DNA of 64,000 bases. It comes from Lytechinus pictus. Lineage: Eukaryota. The notes under the pieces are model-generated. The model did no database searches. It worked only from the letters and a program-made list of their open reading frames with translations, and was not told the DNA's origin. The stretch covers positions 29,762,001 through 29,826,000 of the forward strand of contig NC_087251.1 of NCBI RefSeq assembly GCF_037042905.1. Direction: 5' to 3'. The position numbers were made by a program, and so were the translations under genes. Below, in pieces: positions 40,216 through 53,907 of this stretch (positions are counted from its first letter, which is position 1; each line of letters begins with the position of its first letter).

Positions 40216-43200
40216 TTTGTCATGAAGGGTTTTTGGCAATAGATTCTCAACGTTCCAGAAGGCTTCTGCGTAGTGTTGCGAAACTCGCAATTTTCGTTCA
40301 ATAGATAACAAGCCTACGTCTCCTCGAGAGTATAAGCCAGTTCGTAGTTCCTTTCTGTGCATGATCAAAAGATTATACGCATGATCAGAGGAAGGTCATT
40401 TGTACTACAGTGACATGGTGGTTTAAAATCTAATGAGATAAGCACCAACTTTGATGTCTTGATTATTCATATATTCTTTTGAATTGTGGTTATCAATTAC
40501 ATCCACAAAAAACAACAATGCGTCCACGAACGACTGGTATTTCACAGTTTGCCAAGTACATTGTGCAACATGCTATGATATGCATTCAAAGTAGGAATGG
40601 AACAAATACCTTCATAAAGTGGTCATTGGTGTGCTATTCTAGTCACCTGGTCTATTTAATTTCTTCACCCTGCTATGTAAGGCAAGCTTACGTAATATCT
40701 TGCTTTGAAATCTGCCTATCATAATGAAAGAAATTAAAGGTCATTTGACCAAAATTGTCCATAAGTAACTACGAACTGGTCTATTGTAACTGGAGGCGGT
40801 CATAACCAAGAACCATCCAAGGAAGAATAAAAGCCATTTCAACCTGCTATGCAACGCGCCAGGTGCGTTGCTATGTCAGTCCATGATTTAACTTTTGTAA
40901 TGCATACTTGACCCCCCTGCCCCTCCAACAAGTTAATTACCATAGTACTCAAACCCAATTGGTTTATAAGGACAGTTCGTGTTTGTTCAAACTCCAATCA
41001 GTCAGCCACCGTGAAACTCTGGACAGACATATACTCAGAAACAAGATTGATACAGGCTTTGTAATGATGATGTTTAAAGGTTTGTATGGTGGTATAAACA
41101 ATCGCAGAAATGGTTTACGGTACACCATAGGCTTTGTAATACCATAACATTGCTAGAAAGACAGCTCTTCGTAGTTGAATCAAGAGAAATGGCCGTCTTC
41201 CCGCTTTTGAGTAAATTTTGTCAGCATGAGTATCCTATTTCAATCGCTCATTATATTCCTGGACAAATACGAAACTGATAGATGAAGGACCGGGAAAAGG
41301 ATCCCTCTGCAATTGTGCATCCTAAATCTATCGGGATCAAGGTAAGTTGTGATTTGTTTTTTATGATTTTTTGTTAATCATGGTCCTCGTGTGTCAGTGT
41401 TCTTATTCCAATCGTTATTCTTGACTTGTACATACTTTGTGTCACATTTTATCATTCCTGTCACTAGCATCCACGCTAAAGATAATACAGATGTGATTGT
41501 GACATATGCAGTCCTCTAGTCACTTGCGTACGTAGAGGGAATAAGTGATGGTACTATTCCGAAAACTTCGGCGTATAGAACCTAGTGGAAATGATTGGTG
41601 CAACGGAAAATGTTCCTGACTCTCAATCATGGAAAAGCGTTAAATGGTTTAAAGAATGTGATATCAGAGGAAAAACGTGAGTTCTGGTCTGACATTATCT
41701 TCTCTCGCTAAGTTACCCACAGGTTTTATACAAAAAACAAAAACGAACATGTATACAGTAGTATAATTATAGTCTTTGTTCTGTCCGTCAACTTTGTCTT
41801 TTTTTATCTCTCGGTTTCCCCATCAAATAGGAAAGTATTAGATATTGAATTAAGCTATCACTTGCATATATATATATTTGGCCAATCATGCTTAAACGCA
41901 CTCGCGCGCGCACCTCATACTTTCCCTCGCACTACTTAATTAATAATAGGCTTTGACATTTGCATTCTAGCAGAAAAAAACGTGGAACCGCCCCGCTGAA
42001 AAACGTGCTCTCGCTATGATCGGCAGAATTTGGAAGGAAAAACAACACAACAGACTTAAACAGACCTACAAGCATGATATTTTATCATTTGTAAAATTCA
42101 CCAAAATAAATTGTGATGACATTTCGTTCACACTTCCTGACTTTCCCCCTTTATACTGTATAAGCCTGTGGTTGGCAGCAGTATCATGGTTTTTTGTAAG
42201 TTAGCTGCAGTTTGATTTTTGTGTCCAATTCAGGAGCATTTTGGAGTGTAAGCGCGAAGCGAACAGCTGAAGCAGCACGAATCTAATTTGGGCGGCACAC
42301 AGAGATCGTAGGTAAATTAGACTTTATCATGCCAAGTCACAAAATCCACAAAACCAATCTTAAAAGAGAAGACGAGTTAAGTGAAGGCAGATTGTAAGTG
42401 CTAAGAAAGGAAGAGAGAGAGAAAGTGAAAGATGGAGAGAAATGCAAGAGACGTGGTATAGGGTAAGAGAGAGGGGGAGTGAGCGAGGAAAAATGATAAC
42501 TCTCAGGTGTAATAAGGAATAGAGGAGAAAGACGAAAGAAGCAGAAGATTGGGTCTGCAAAAATTAAAACGAAAGCCCTATGTGAGAAATGAAAAAAAAA
42601 ATCAGAGTTGTAGAGAGACATAGAGAGGGGTGAATGGGAAAGAGACAGGCATGCAGAGATAGATAAGAGAAAGAGATGGGGTGTGATCTGAAGAGGTAGA
42701 CAAGGATAGAAGTTAGAGAAGTGATGTGTTTTGGAGAAAAAGGACGAAACGAGGCGGGAGGAGGAAAAATAAGGGGGGTGTAGTGGGAAGAAAAATACAA
42801 ACCTGCGAAGTCGTAACGGATAACCGAGAAATATGATTCCTGGTCCTCCATTACTGGAAATGCATTATTCTTCTATTGTAAGTTTGTCTTTCAAATGTAT
42901 ATCATGATAGCAAAAACGAGCTTGATTACAACTTCAAAATGCAATATAAAATAAGAGGAGTATTTGGGTTTTTCGTCTAGGAAATAGAGAGTAAGGAACA
43001 TCTGAAGATGTAATTTTATCAGATCATGATATCAAAATGGATATAACTGGAATTTTTCATTAAATAACCCCCAGTGAAACATGCTCACCATTTCAGTGAA
43101 GAGTTAGGATTAGCCGAGAAAGTATTTTCAAATGAATTTTGTTGAATTTTAACTCATTTCATTTTTTTCTAATGAAATTATTTTTCGCGGTGCAATAACA

Positions 43201-43356
43201 CCTTTTTTTTTACTAATTAAAGTGGTAAAATCAAGCTACATGAGTATGAAAATATACATGAAAAGTATGTTATTTCGCTGATGTCAAGGATAAAATATAA
43301 ATATACAAAATGAGAATACTATCAACTTGAGCCTTTAGACATTTTGAACGTTGAAG

Positions 43357-43616
43357 CAGTGGCGTAATTAGCCAAACATTTTGAGGGGGCTCGATATGGC
43401 GTATCGCGTTATTAAAAAGAAGTTGTGAGCGAGCGAGCAAAAAATTGACATTTTTATTACAAAAATCTAATAGATTTTGACATAATATTCGGAAAATTGG
43501 ATCATAATTAATTCACCCTTATCCCTTTCCTTTTCTCTTTTTTGTTCTTGGTGTTGATTTTTTTTTTTTGTGGGGGAGGGGCAAGAGCCCCAAGCCCTCT
43601 CATCTGTACGCCCATG
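43357..43616. mobile_element. 260-bp hAT-like MITE
   Basis: TSD CGTTGAAG on both sides; ends CAGTGGCGTA / TACGCCCATG. Confidence 0.88.
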
Positions 43617-44140
43617 CGTTGAAGACCAGTGAGACGGTCTGAATGTTCAGAATGCAATTCCTCTTTTTTCACGTGATCACGGTTTTGGTACCGCTGAAAT
43701 AATGGTTAAACGGCGTAGAAAGAGAAGATATTCATATCAATAAAATAATTACTGGCTATTCATGTTCAATTCGTTGCGTTTAGTAGAAACCTGGGGCTGG
43801 CGGAAAGTATTAAAATCTTGCCCCGAAGCTCAAACAAAAGGGGCAGTCTATGGCATAAACATATGGGAGGTGTCATATTCGAAGGGAAACTTTTATGATA
43901 TTGCATTCAGTAAATGGTATATTATCAATATAACATTTTGTAGGTGTAATAGATTGCATATTAATTTGAAAGCAAGAGATGAGCTAAGAAAGATACTGTG
44001 TGAGGTCAAATAAGTTAAGGTCGATATGGTTTGGGGCAACATATCTGGATTGCTTATTATCAGATGTTATGGACATTTAACGAATGGAAGCGGTCAGTGG
44101 TATATCATTATAAAACCATGAACACTTAAATAGTGATGGA

Positions 44141-44241
44141 CAGGGGCGTCGATCAATTTTTCAGATTGGGGGGGGGGGCAAAATCATGAATCAACGTTCC
44201 AAAGGCGCTCGATCACACAAAACAAACTCACCCACACACAC

Positions 44242-44288
<47 letters not shown>

Positions 44289-45545
44289 GGCCTCTCTCTC
44301 TCTCCATATATATATATATAACTCATAAGAAAGAGACACATATCTCACCAACAAATTAATGCGAGCGCGAAGCGCGAGCTGAAATTTTTCAGTATAACGA
44401 CCTGAAAACGGTATCTGTTTAGAACTGTTTGTAGTAACTCCTGAGGAGGATACATATATCACTACACAGATAATGCGAGTGCCGAGAGCGAGCTGAAATT
44501 TCTTTATATTCTGACCTGAAAGATTGATATTCTAAGCATTTTTGATATTTCGATCTGAAAAAAATTAGTTTAATGGACATTTTTAATAAAGAAAAAGATA
44601 TCGAAGCGGGAGTTCCTTTGAGGTTTAGAACTGAAAATGGGACATTCTATTCACCTATTTAAAGGTCAAGTCCAGCCCAGAAAAATGTTGATTTGAATAA
44701 ATAGAGAAAACAACTAGCATAACGCTGAAAATTTCATCAAAATCGGATGTAAAATAAGAAAGTTATGACATTTTAAAGTTTCAATTATTTTTCTCAAAAC
44801 AGTTATATGCACAACTCAGTAATATGCAAATGAGAGAGTTGATGATGTCCATCACTCACTATTTCTTTTGTTTCTTACTGTTTTAATTGTACAATATTTC
44901 AATTTTTACAAAATTGACAATAATGTAAAACTTGACTGAACAACATAATGTTAAAAAAATATGAATTCCACATGTTCAGGGAGGAATAAAACTTGATTTC
45001 ACATGACAAGGGGGAGAAAATAGGAAAATAATTTCATATTATACAATACAAAAGAAATAGTGAGTGGGTGATGTCATCAGTCACCTCATTTACATACAGA
45101 CCAGGATGTGCATATAACTGTTATGTGAAATTAAGCGAAATTTCAAAATGTCATAACTTGTTTATTTTACATGCGATTTTGATGAAATTTTCAGTGTTAT
45201 GCTTGTTGGATATTTCTCTTTTTATTCCAATCAACTGTTTGGTGGGGTGTACTTGTCCTTCAATCATGAAAAGTATGGGTTTTTGCTACAGAAATGAGGC
45301 GAGCGCGAAGCGCGAGCTGAAAATTTTTATATTCCAATCTGAAAAGCGGACATTTTGAGCACGATTTTAAATAAAGAACCACTTGTGTATCTCGATCTCC
45401 TTTGCTGATTATGAGAAACAACATTCTCATTTTATTTTTGCACATGCAGAATTATTGGAGGGAGGCAAAACGATATGTTTGCCCCCCCCCCAATATTTTC
45501 GTTTGTGGGGTGATAGCCCGCCCCCCCCCAAGATCGACGCCTCTG
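44141..45545. mobile_element. hAT-like family A, copy 3, with nested Kolobok-like MITE
   Basis: Same TIRs; TSD GTGATGGA / GCGATGGA. Confidence 0.92.
44663..45259. mobile_element. Kolobok-like MITE nested in hAT-like copy 3
   Basis: TTAA|AGGTCAAGTCC ... ACTTGTCCT|TCAA; host sequence CCTATTTAATCATG is contiguous in copy 1. Confidence 0.9.
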
Positions 45546-46835
45546 GCGATGGAACCCATTATTTTTCGTTGAAAAGTGGCGAGAGCGCGATTTGATGCTT
45601 AAAAAATTGGAAAAGTTATAATAGAAAAAAAATAATCTACATGACTTGTATTCAAGAGATAAATTAAAAAAGATAATAAATAAGCGAGATTTTGTCCCGA
45701 AAAAAAAAAGAAATTTGATGGAAGGGCAAGTAATGAATGTCGAATAAGAGTCTACCTTAAAGAAATTTCGATATTTTACTGGGGAAAACAGTGAGGACTC
45801 TTTTCTTAAGAAGAGGGGGAATCTTGAAGACGTTTATTGGCATTGTTCCGACCCCCCACTACTTCTCGCGGAGCGCCTCCCTTGGCACAGAAAGATAAAA
45901 GTAAAAAATACTTAGCCATTATCTAAATTAGATAATGTACATGTCTAAGTCATAGGTGTCTTCGTCTCTTAGTGTACACCTACGTAAAACTGTGTACTAT
46001 TCTAAGAGAGAATATTAAGAAAGAAAAAAATGGTGAAGATGTCAGCACGTCTATCGATGTAATTGATGTTTGTTAAAATTAATTTCGTGAGTTTTTTTCC
46101 CCCGTGGTTAATTGGGCACGGAGTGCATGACACAAACGTGGTTATGCGGGGGACTCTCCCGTGCTATCACCAGGAGTAATGGGCTATCAAAACGTGTGGC
46201 AAGGGCCACTTGATAACGGCAAAATTAGATTGTCGATAAAATGATCGTAATATGGTTATCAATTACTCATGTCGTTATGTCATTTGGCCTGGTGATGATG
46301 GGGGTAGAAGGATAGATGACGCGTAGACCAGTCAGCCATTATCGTTCCAATCGTATATCATGTATATCAGGCACTTTTGGTTTTCAACCAGGGAGGGGGA
46401 GGTCCAATGTGGAAATTCCTAATTTCATGACATCCTATATTTTCTGAGGAATGTCTCGTTTTTTTAATTTAAACCACTCGGAAACATGCCATTGTAATTA
46501 TATAAAAATAATACTCATTCGTACATTGAACTTATATTTAACCACTTGTAATCTCAACGATAGTTCTCCTTACGCAATGCAATACACAATGTAATTGCCT
46601 ACATTGAGCAACGGCTGGCGATGGTATTAATCCAAATCATCAGCACCCCCCCCCCCCTTTCCACCATTCTATCGTCTGATATACAGGTGGAGATGATAAT
46701 AATAACAATAACGTAATAGTTTACCCGGGGTAGCAACTTCAGTTCCAAAAACTGTTCTCCCAGTGGGCCCTGCTTAAATTGATAATGCTATTATCATGCT
46801 GATAGGAGTTCAATCCTCCAATCACCACCGCCACT

Positions 46836-46880
46836 ATCATTGTCATAATCATTATCATCATTATCATCACCATTATCATC

Positions 46881-46911
<31 letters not shown>

Positions 46912-46925
46912 CCATCAACAGCAAC
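46836..46925. repeat. (CAT)n microsatellite
   Basis: Imperfect trinucleotide run. Confidence 0.9.
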
Positions 46926-47685
46926 ATCTACTCCCCACTAATCCTTTATTAGTATTTCAAAATTTCACAAATTTGCCATCAACATCATACATATTCGATA
47001 CAGAAATTGGATTATATTTATAATCTTAAATTATTGGTGATATCAAATTTTCCTCTTTAATAGTAACATGGGTACTTTTTCTATTTTCAAGACAAACAAT
47101 ACATCATCTGATAATAACTATTACTCAACTGAAGAATTTACTGCAAGTTTAGAGACAAGTTCAGTATGTTTCACATAAATGCTCGAAGTATAAACAAAAA
47201 TTTTGAATCGTTTGAATCATTACTACTTACTCTAAATAATTTCAGATTTTCGATTATTGGTGTCTTGTAAACATGGGTTCACAATATTTCACCCAATATA
47301 TTCAATTTCCAAAACTATAATCTTAGTAGGCGAGATCGTGAAGAACAAAGAGGAGGGAGGTTTGGCATTTTACATCAGTGATCATTTGCAGACCAAAATA
47401 CGAAAAGAAATATCATTGAAACAAAGTGAAACTTTATTCTTAGAAATCATGAATCCTAAAGGAAAAATATAATTATTGGATTGATTTATAGACCCCCTCA
47501 TGGTAAATTAAATTTATTTTGTGACGAACTCGAACATGTCTCCATACTATCACAAAAGAAGAGAAACAAACATATTTAATGGGTGATTTTAATATTGATA
47601 TATTATCCTAAAATAATGAGCACGATATATTCCTACACACAATGCATTCATTTGGATATTACCCCCACATAGATAAACGGACCTG

Positions 47686-47792
47686 GTGGGTGTTTCATAA
47701 AGCTGTGCGATGGTTTAGCGCATATACGAGAAAGGATCACCAGTCGTTCTAAAGTCGCTCTTAACTTACGAACAGCTTTATGAAACGGCCTC
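47686..47792. mobile_element. 107-bp Harbinger-like MITE inside LINE endonuclease relic
   Basis: GTTTCATAAAGCTGT / ACAGCTTTATGAAAC inverted ends; CTG/CAG flanks; interrupts the K-T-R-I motif. Confidence 0.8.
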
Positions 47793-49051
47793 CAGAATTG
47801 ACATTCATTCCTGAACACTTATCGACAATATTTTTCAAATATATTATACAGAAATATTACCAGCGGATTAATAATATCTGATATATCTGATCATTTACCG
47901 GCTTTTGTATTATGCGAAAACGTTAATGAAAACGATAACGGACCAGGCTTTAGTACATCATATACGATAAAATTACAAATGCAATGGCAATTAAAGAACA
48001 TGGGAGTTTTCATGGACTTAAGCAACGCCTTTGATACTCTCGACCACCAAATTGTACTTAAAAAAGGAGAAAATTATGGTTAGAGGAATTGCATTATCAT
48101 GGTTTGAGAGTTATTTGTCAGATAGAAAACTATATGTAATTCACAATAATATTTCTTCTAACCTTCAGTCAATAAAATGTGGAGATCCACAATGATCGAT
48201 CTTGAGCCCCTTGCTTTTTTTAAATAAATATAATGATATGACTAATGTAACGCCATTGTTATCATTTGTATTATTTACAGATGACACAAAAAAAAATTTG
48301 TTCACATAATAGTTTAGAAATTTTAGTAGACACAATTAATCGTGAATTGCCAAAACCATCTTTGTGTGTTAAGTGTAATAAGCCTTATGTATATATATAA
48401 ATTCACATATTGCTGAATTTCCTTACAATATAACCAGAGACAATTCATCTGAAATAAAATAAAATGAAAAAAAAAATTAGGTGTTACAATATATGAAAAA
48501 TTAAATTGGAACGAACACATATGCTGCATATCTACTTGTATCTCGAGAAACGTCGGTGTACTTTACAAAATGAAAAATATTATTCCACATACTACCCTTG
48601 TCACACTATACAATTAGTTAATATTACCTTATTTATCGTACTTCAATATAGTTTGGGAACCTGTGCAAAAAATAGAATTAATACAATATACTTACTACAG
48701 AAAAAAGCCATTCCAATTTGTAGGCCTACTGATTCGCAATATTGATCACACACAAACCCATTATTCCATAAACTAAATACACTAACAGTATTTGACATAA
48801 ATTCAATTCAAACTTTACTGCTGATGTTCAAGTACGTTAACAATATGCTTTCACCTTTATACAATGAACACATCTATTCATTCATACCCTACGCTTAACT
48901 CTTCAAACGTTCATTCAATCAACCCCAAATTGCTTATTGCACAGAGATCCATTAGAAACCACGGTCCAGTGTTATGGAACTCTCTACCATGTCAACCAGA
49001 GTCTATAAACTGATAAAAAAGATACTCATCTCTTTACTCATTTAAGGCAAA

Positions 49052-52000
49052 TAGTATCCCGTAATTAGTAACCAACTGGAATAAAATTATTGGAAATGGT
49101 TTTTTGACTGATTTGAGTAGGTATGGGTGTCAACATTTACCAAAAAAAAGTTAGGAGGAATACGGGTTGGGGAAAGTGCTTTTTTTCAAGGTCAAAGGTC
49201 AATGACCTTTTTAAATATACTGTATCATGGTATCTCCCAGATAAAATATTACAGGTTGGTGATCATGGTGTCAAAATGCACAGATTCTTACAAGAAGATC
49301 AAATAAAATAAAATCAAGTACCTACAATGCTCATTCACCCATGAAATTCAAGGTCAAAGCCTTTCAAAGTTCAATGACCTTTTTTACATTATATACCATA
49401 TACGGTATAATGGTATCTCTGAGATGAAAAGGTGCAGGTTGGTGATCTTGGTGTCAAAATGCAGAGGTTCTTACAGAAAGATCAAATATAATCAAATCAA
49501 GTACCTACAATGCTCATTCACCAATGAAATTCAAGGTCAAAGCCTTTCAAAGCTCAATGACCTTTTTTTTACATTGTATACCATATACGGTATAATGGTA
49601 TCTCTGAGATGAAAAGGTGCAGGTTGGTGATCTTGGTGTCAAAATGCAGAGGTTCTTACAGGAAGATCAAATTAAATAGAATTAAGTACCCAGAATGCAC
49701 ATTAAACAATAAAATTCAAGGTCAAAGCCTTTCAAAGGTCAATGACCTTTTTTTACATTATGTATCGTACTGTATAATAGTATCTCTGAGATGGAACGGC
49801 ACAGGTTGGTGATCGTTGTATCAAAATGCCCAGATTCTTACAGGAAGGTCAAATAAGATAAAGTTAATCACCTAGAATGCATATTAATCCATAAAGTTCA
49901 AGGTCAAAGGTCAATGACCTTTTTACATAGGCTATATATCATATAAAGGTATCTCTGAGATAAAACGCTGCATGTTGGTGATTTTGATGTCAAAAAGCAA
50001 TTTTTGCAAGAAGATAAAAAAGACTCAAAATAATCATACAGAATAATCCAATATCCAAAGTCAAAGGTCAAAAGTTGATAGATATTTATATATCCATGCA
50101 TGATTCCCCCCAAAAAAGAAATTAATCCATTATATTCACATTCTATTTGTAAATAATAGAAAGAGAGATAACTATTTGTAATGAAAATATTGGAAGTCTA
50201 TTAAATAATTTCATTCTGAAATAAGGATAAAAAATGGCCATGGAAAATATATTTAGGAGTTAAAGGTCAATCAACTATGTCAATAACGTCAGGGAATTTA
50301 AGTAAATAGGTCGATATAACGTGATTGTGGCATGTAGGTATAGTGATTCTGATGGAAAAAAGACTGACCCGCGTGGAAAAAGAACACAAATTTAATAGTT
50401 GAATCCTTGACCAATTATGATGTCAAAATATAAGTCCGAGGTAAAATTGGATCAAATAGCACTTTTTCTTATAATATACTGTAATGGATTGACAAAAGTG
50501 TTAAAAAATCATGTGTGATATAATTTTAAATGGTGACAATGGTGAAGTTACCTAAAGTAGTAGCATTTAGATATGCATTTTATAAATCTAAATCAAGGTA
50601 CTAATTTCTCTGTAGCAATAGGTCACTAACCTCAAATGCTACAATCAATACTATAAAACTATAACTTAATCTGTAAATGGAAAGGATAGGCCTAACTCTT
50701 AGGGCAAGCATCATCCGATAACATTTTCATATAGCCAGGGACAATGACGAAGAATTAAAATAAGGCAATCATAAAGCTGCAGCTAATTTGTCATAGATGA
50801 AGTTAAATGTCTCAACTTCAGCAAAGAGTAATTGAACTCTTGAAAACCTTCTGACATTTTCAAGACTTTTATCTGGCCCATTCAATGAAAGCCTTACGTT
50901 CTGTCAAGGGATATCAGACCAGGATGTTGCACAGCTTGATTCTCAAGAACTGGAAGTGGTGCTGTATGACTTTTGTTAGGTCGATGGATGTGTACTTGTA
51001 AGCTATTATCTCCTTTTGAATTTCATTGCTATATGCCTAATTTGTGCATGATAGCAATCAGTTGTTCTGGACCAAAAACATGATCCTTGTACAAACTAAT
51101 ATCTAGTAGAAATAGCATCATGGGTGACGTACGGCAGAGAGCAGATATGAAGTTTTCTCCTGCAACATTAGCATCACAAGAGATTCTGGCAGTTCGCAAT
51201 GAACTGATGAAAGGTAATGAATAATAATACGGGAATTCACCTTTGTTGAAGTTGATATATATGTAATTTACTACATGTATGACAGAAGCTGCAGCTCTAA
51301 TGATGGCCTTCATTTCATCATCATCATCATCCCTCTGCTGTTTGGAAATGCTCTCAGATGATGCTAGCTGTGACATGAGAGTTAGACCTATCCTATCCAT
51401 TTTCAAAAGATTAAGCTAATATAGTTTATAGTATTTATTATAGAATTGAGGTGAGTGGCCTATCGCTGGAGAGAAAAGACATGACAACCTTGATTTAGAT
51501 ATAATGATGCATTAAATGCTGCTACTTAAAATAAAAATCATTTCAAATTATATACTTGATTTTATTTATTTTTTCAGTGCTTTTGGCAATGCATCGCAGT
51601 ATATGAAAAAGTGTTATTTGGTTATCAACATTTTTTAAATTTCCACTGATATTTTGGAAAGGGCTCATTGACATCTGACCCCTAAATACATTCTCCATGG
51701 CCTTCATTATTTCAGACCGAAATTATGAAACCTCCATGTTTTCATTACAAATTAGCCATGGTTATTTACGTTATTCAGAAATAAAATATGAACATAAACA
51801 CTTTTTTTTTTGTTATTTTTATGTCATATAGATTATATATTTCCTCTGATGTAGGATTTCAAGGGTGAAAGTTTATTCTTTATACTTATTTTAGTTTTGT
51901 TTAATTGTCTTGTACAAGTCTTTGCATTTTGGCACCAAGATCACCAACCTGCGGTGTTTTATCTCAGAGATACCATTATTATTATCTAATGTTAAAAAGG

Positions 52001-52859
52001 ACATTGACCTTTGTCCTTGAATTTTATGGGTGAATGTGCATTCTCGATGCTTAATTTTATTTTATCTTCCTGTAAGAATATGTGTGTTTTGACACCAAGA
52101 ACACCAACCTGCGCCGTTTAATCTTAGAGATACAATTATATAATGTGGTATATATACATGTAGTATAAAAGGTCATTGACTTTTGGCCTTAGATTTTACG
52201 CGTGAATGTGAATTCTAGGTACTTAATTTTATTATATTTGATCTTCTGGTAAGAATCTGTGCATTTTGACACCATGATCACCAACCTGTGCTTTTTCAGC
52301 TCAGAGATACCATTATACAGTATGGTATATAATGTAAATAGGTCATTGACCTTTGAAAAGCTTTGACCTTGAATTTTATTGGTGAATGTGCATTCTAGGT
52401 ACTTAAGTTTATTTTATTTGATCTTCTTGTAAGAATCTATACATTTTGACACCATGATCACCATCACGTACCTTATCATCTCAGAGATACCATTATACGG
52501 TATGGTATATAATGTAAAAAGGTAATTGACCTTTTGAAAGGCTTTGATCTTGAATTTTATAGGTAAATGTGCATTCTAGGTAATTAATTTTATTCTATTT
52601 GATATTCTGGTAAGAATTTGTGCATTTTGACACCAATATCACCAACCTGTGCCTTTCCATCTCAGAGATACCATTATACAGTATATACAAAAAGGTCATT
52701 GACCTTTGACCTTGAAAAAAAGCACTTTCCCCAACCCGTATTCCTCCTAACTTTTTTTTGGTAAATGTTGACACCCATACCTACTCAAATCAGTCAAAAA
52801 ACCATTTCCAATAATTTTATTCCAGATTGGCTCTTTTGTGGTCTAATTTAGGGATACTG
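49052..52859. mobile_element. 3.8-kb fold-back DNA transposon, probably Academ-like, non-autonomous
   Basis: AAA|TAGTATCCC ... GGGATACTG|AAA; 137-bp identical inverted block; mirrored ~185-bp tandem arrays; interrupts the 3' end of the LINE ORF. The structure is certain; the superfamily is inferred from YR termini and the 3-bp TSD. Confidence 0.85.
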
Positions 52860-53329
52860 AAATGTTAAATCCATGTGATTATCAGAATATCTAAAGTAAG
52901 TTTTATGTGTCAGTATTTCAGTTAATCATTGAATCACTGTTCCTTTGAATTAATCATCACCAAATATACTTTCCCATGACCATCATCATCATCATCTCCA
53001 TGGCCTTCGTCACCATCATCATTATTCTTATCATTTTCATCATTAAAATCATGAACAAATATTACCAGTCTGCTTTGTAAATGTATTAATTGATTTGATT
53101 GAGCTTTAATCCAGGGTTGTCATTTTTTCAAGCAATTTTATAATGACAATCCTTCTCCTGCAAACTGTACATGTTGAAAGTATTTGGTAGTATACCATAT
53201 TTGTTTAGAATGACTGTTTATTTAGTACACTTTTTTTCTTTATCATTCATGCCAAAAAACCTATAACCAATATAGGCCTATTATGTTTGATATGTAATGA
53301 AAAATGTATTATATACGAATGTTATGAAT

Positions 53330-53570
53330 GCAGAAGAAAACAAATGAAATCAAAATGATTACACCGGCTTCAGCACGGCTACCTTGATCGGGCGCTCGAG
53401 CATTCGAGGAATTTCTTCCTACCGGATATACCCAGTTACTACACTTGGGTGGAGAGTGGTAAATGTAGATAAACGCCTTGCCAAAGGAAGCGAGTGCTAC
53501 CTTGGGATTCGAACCTCGACATGTGCATGGTTCATGGTCTGGAGACTTATCCACTCGTCCGCAACACCTC
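53330..53570 (-). mobile_element. tRNA-derived SINE with Deu-like central domain
   Basis: On -: A-box-like TGCGGACGAGTGG, B box GGTTCGAATCCC, then CCTTTGGCAAGG and CTCTCCACCCAAGTGTA..TGGGTA; 3' end approximate. Confidence 0.72.
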
Positions 53571-53907
53571 TATCGACAAGATCGAGTCGCAAAAAGGGGG
53601 TGATCAGTAATTTGTTAATACATTTTTCCTCATGCAATTGAATCAGGATGGACTTCCCATTTTTTTTTCAAGTTGGGGGGTCTGATTTTTATGTCAATAC
53701 AACAAAGACAATACTACTTTAATTATATTCTGTGGCTATGCCTAAAATCTAGGAACAATGCTATTATTTTGAAGGGGGGGGGGGGGCAAGACAGTCTAAA
53801 TTTTCTTCTCAATTTGATAATAGGTGTAATACATGTCTTTTTTCGTCACTACTTGAAAATCATAGAGGTACGTGGTCATCCCCTGTTGTTTTCGTTCCGC
53901 AACACAC

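Larger units (their letters stand above)
46950..53000 (+). mobile_element. Degenerate CR1/L2-clade LINE (APE + RT remnants), interrupted by the 47686 MITE and the 49052 element
   Basis: Frameshifted FHINARS, IYRPP, MGDFNID, TLIDNIF, ISDHLP, DLSNAFDTLDH, SYLSDR and FTDDT motifs; large internal deletion; boundaries approximate. Confidence 0.88.

Noticed and set aside
46739..47023. Poly-Met / poly-His ORFs
   Set aside because: (CAT)n microsatellite
49210..50070. CRISPR-like or coding repeat array (repeated MKRCRLVILVSK ORFs)
   Set aside because: Contiguous ~185-bp tandem units with no unique spacers, mirrored in the other transposon arm
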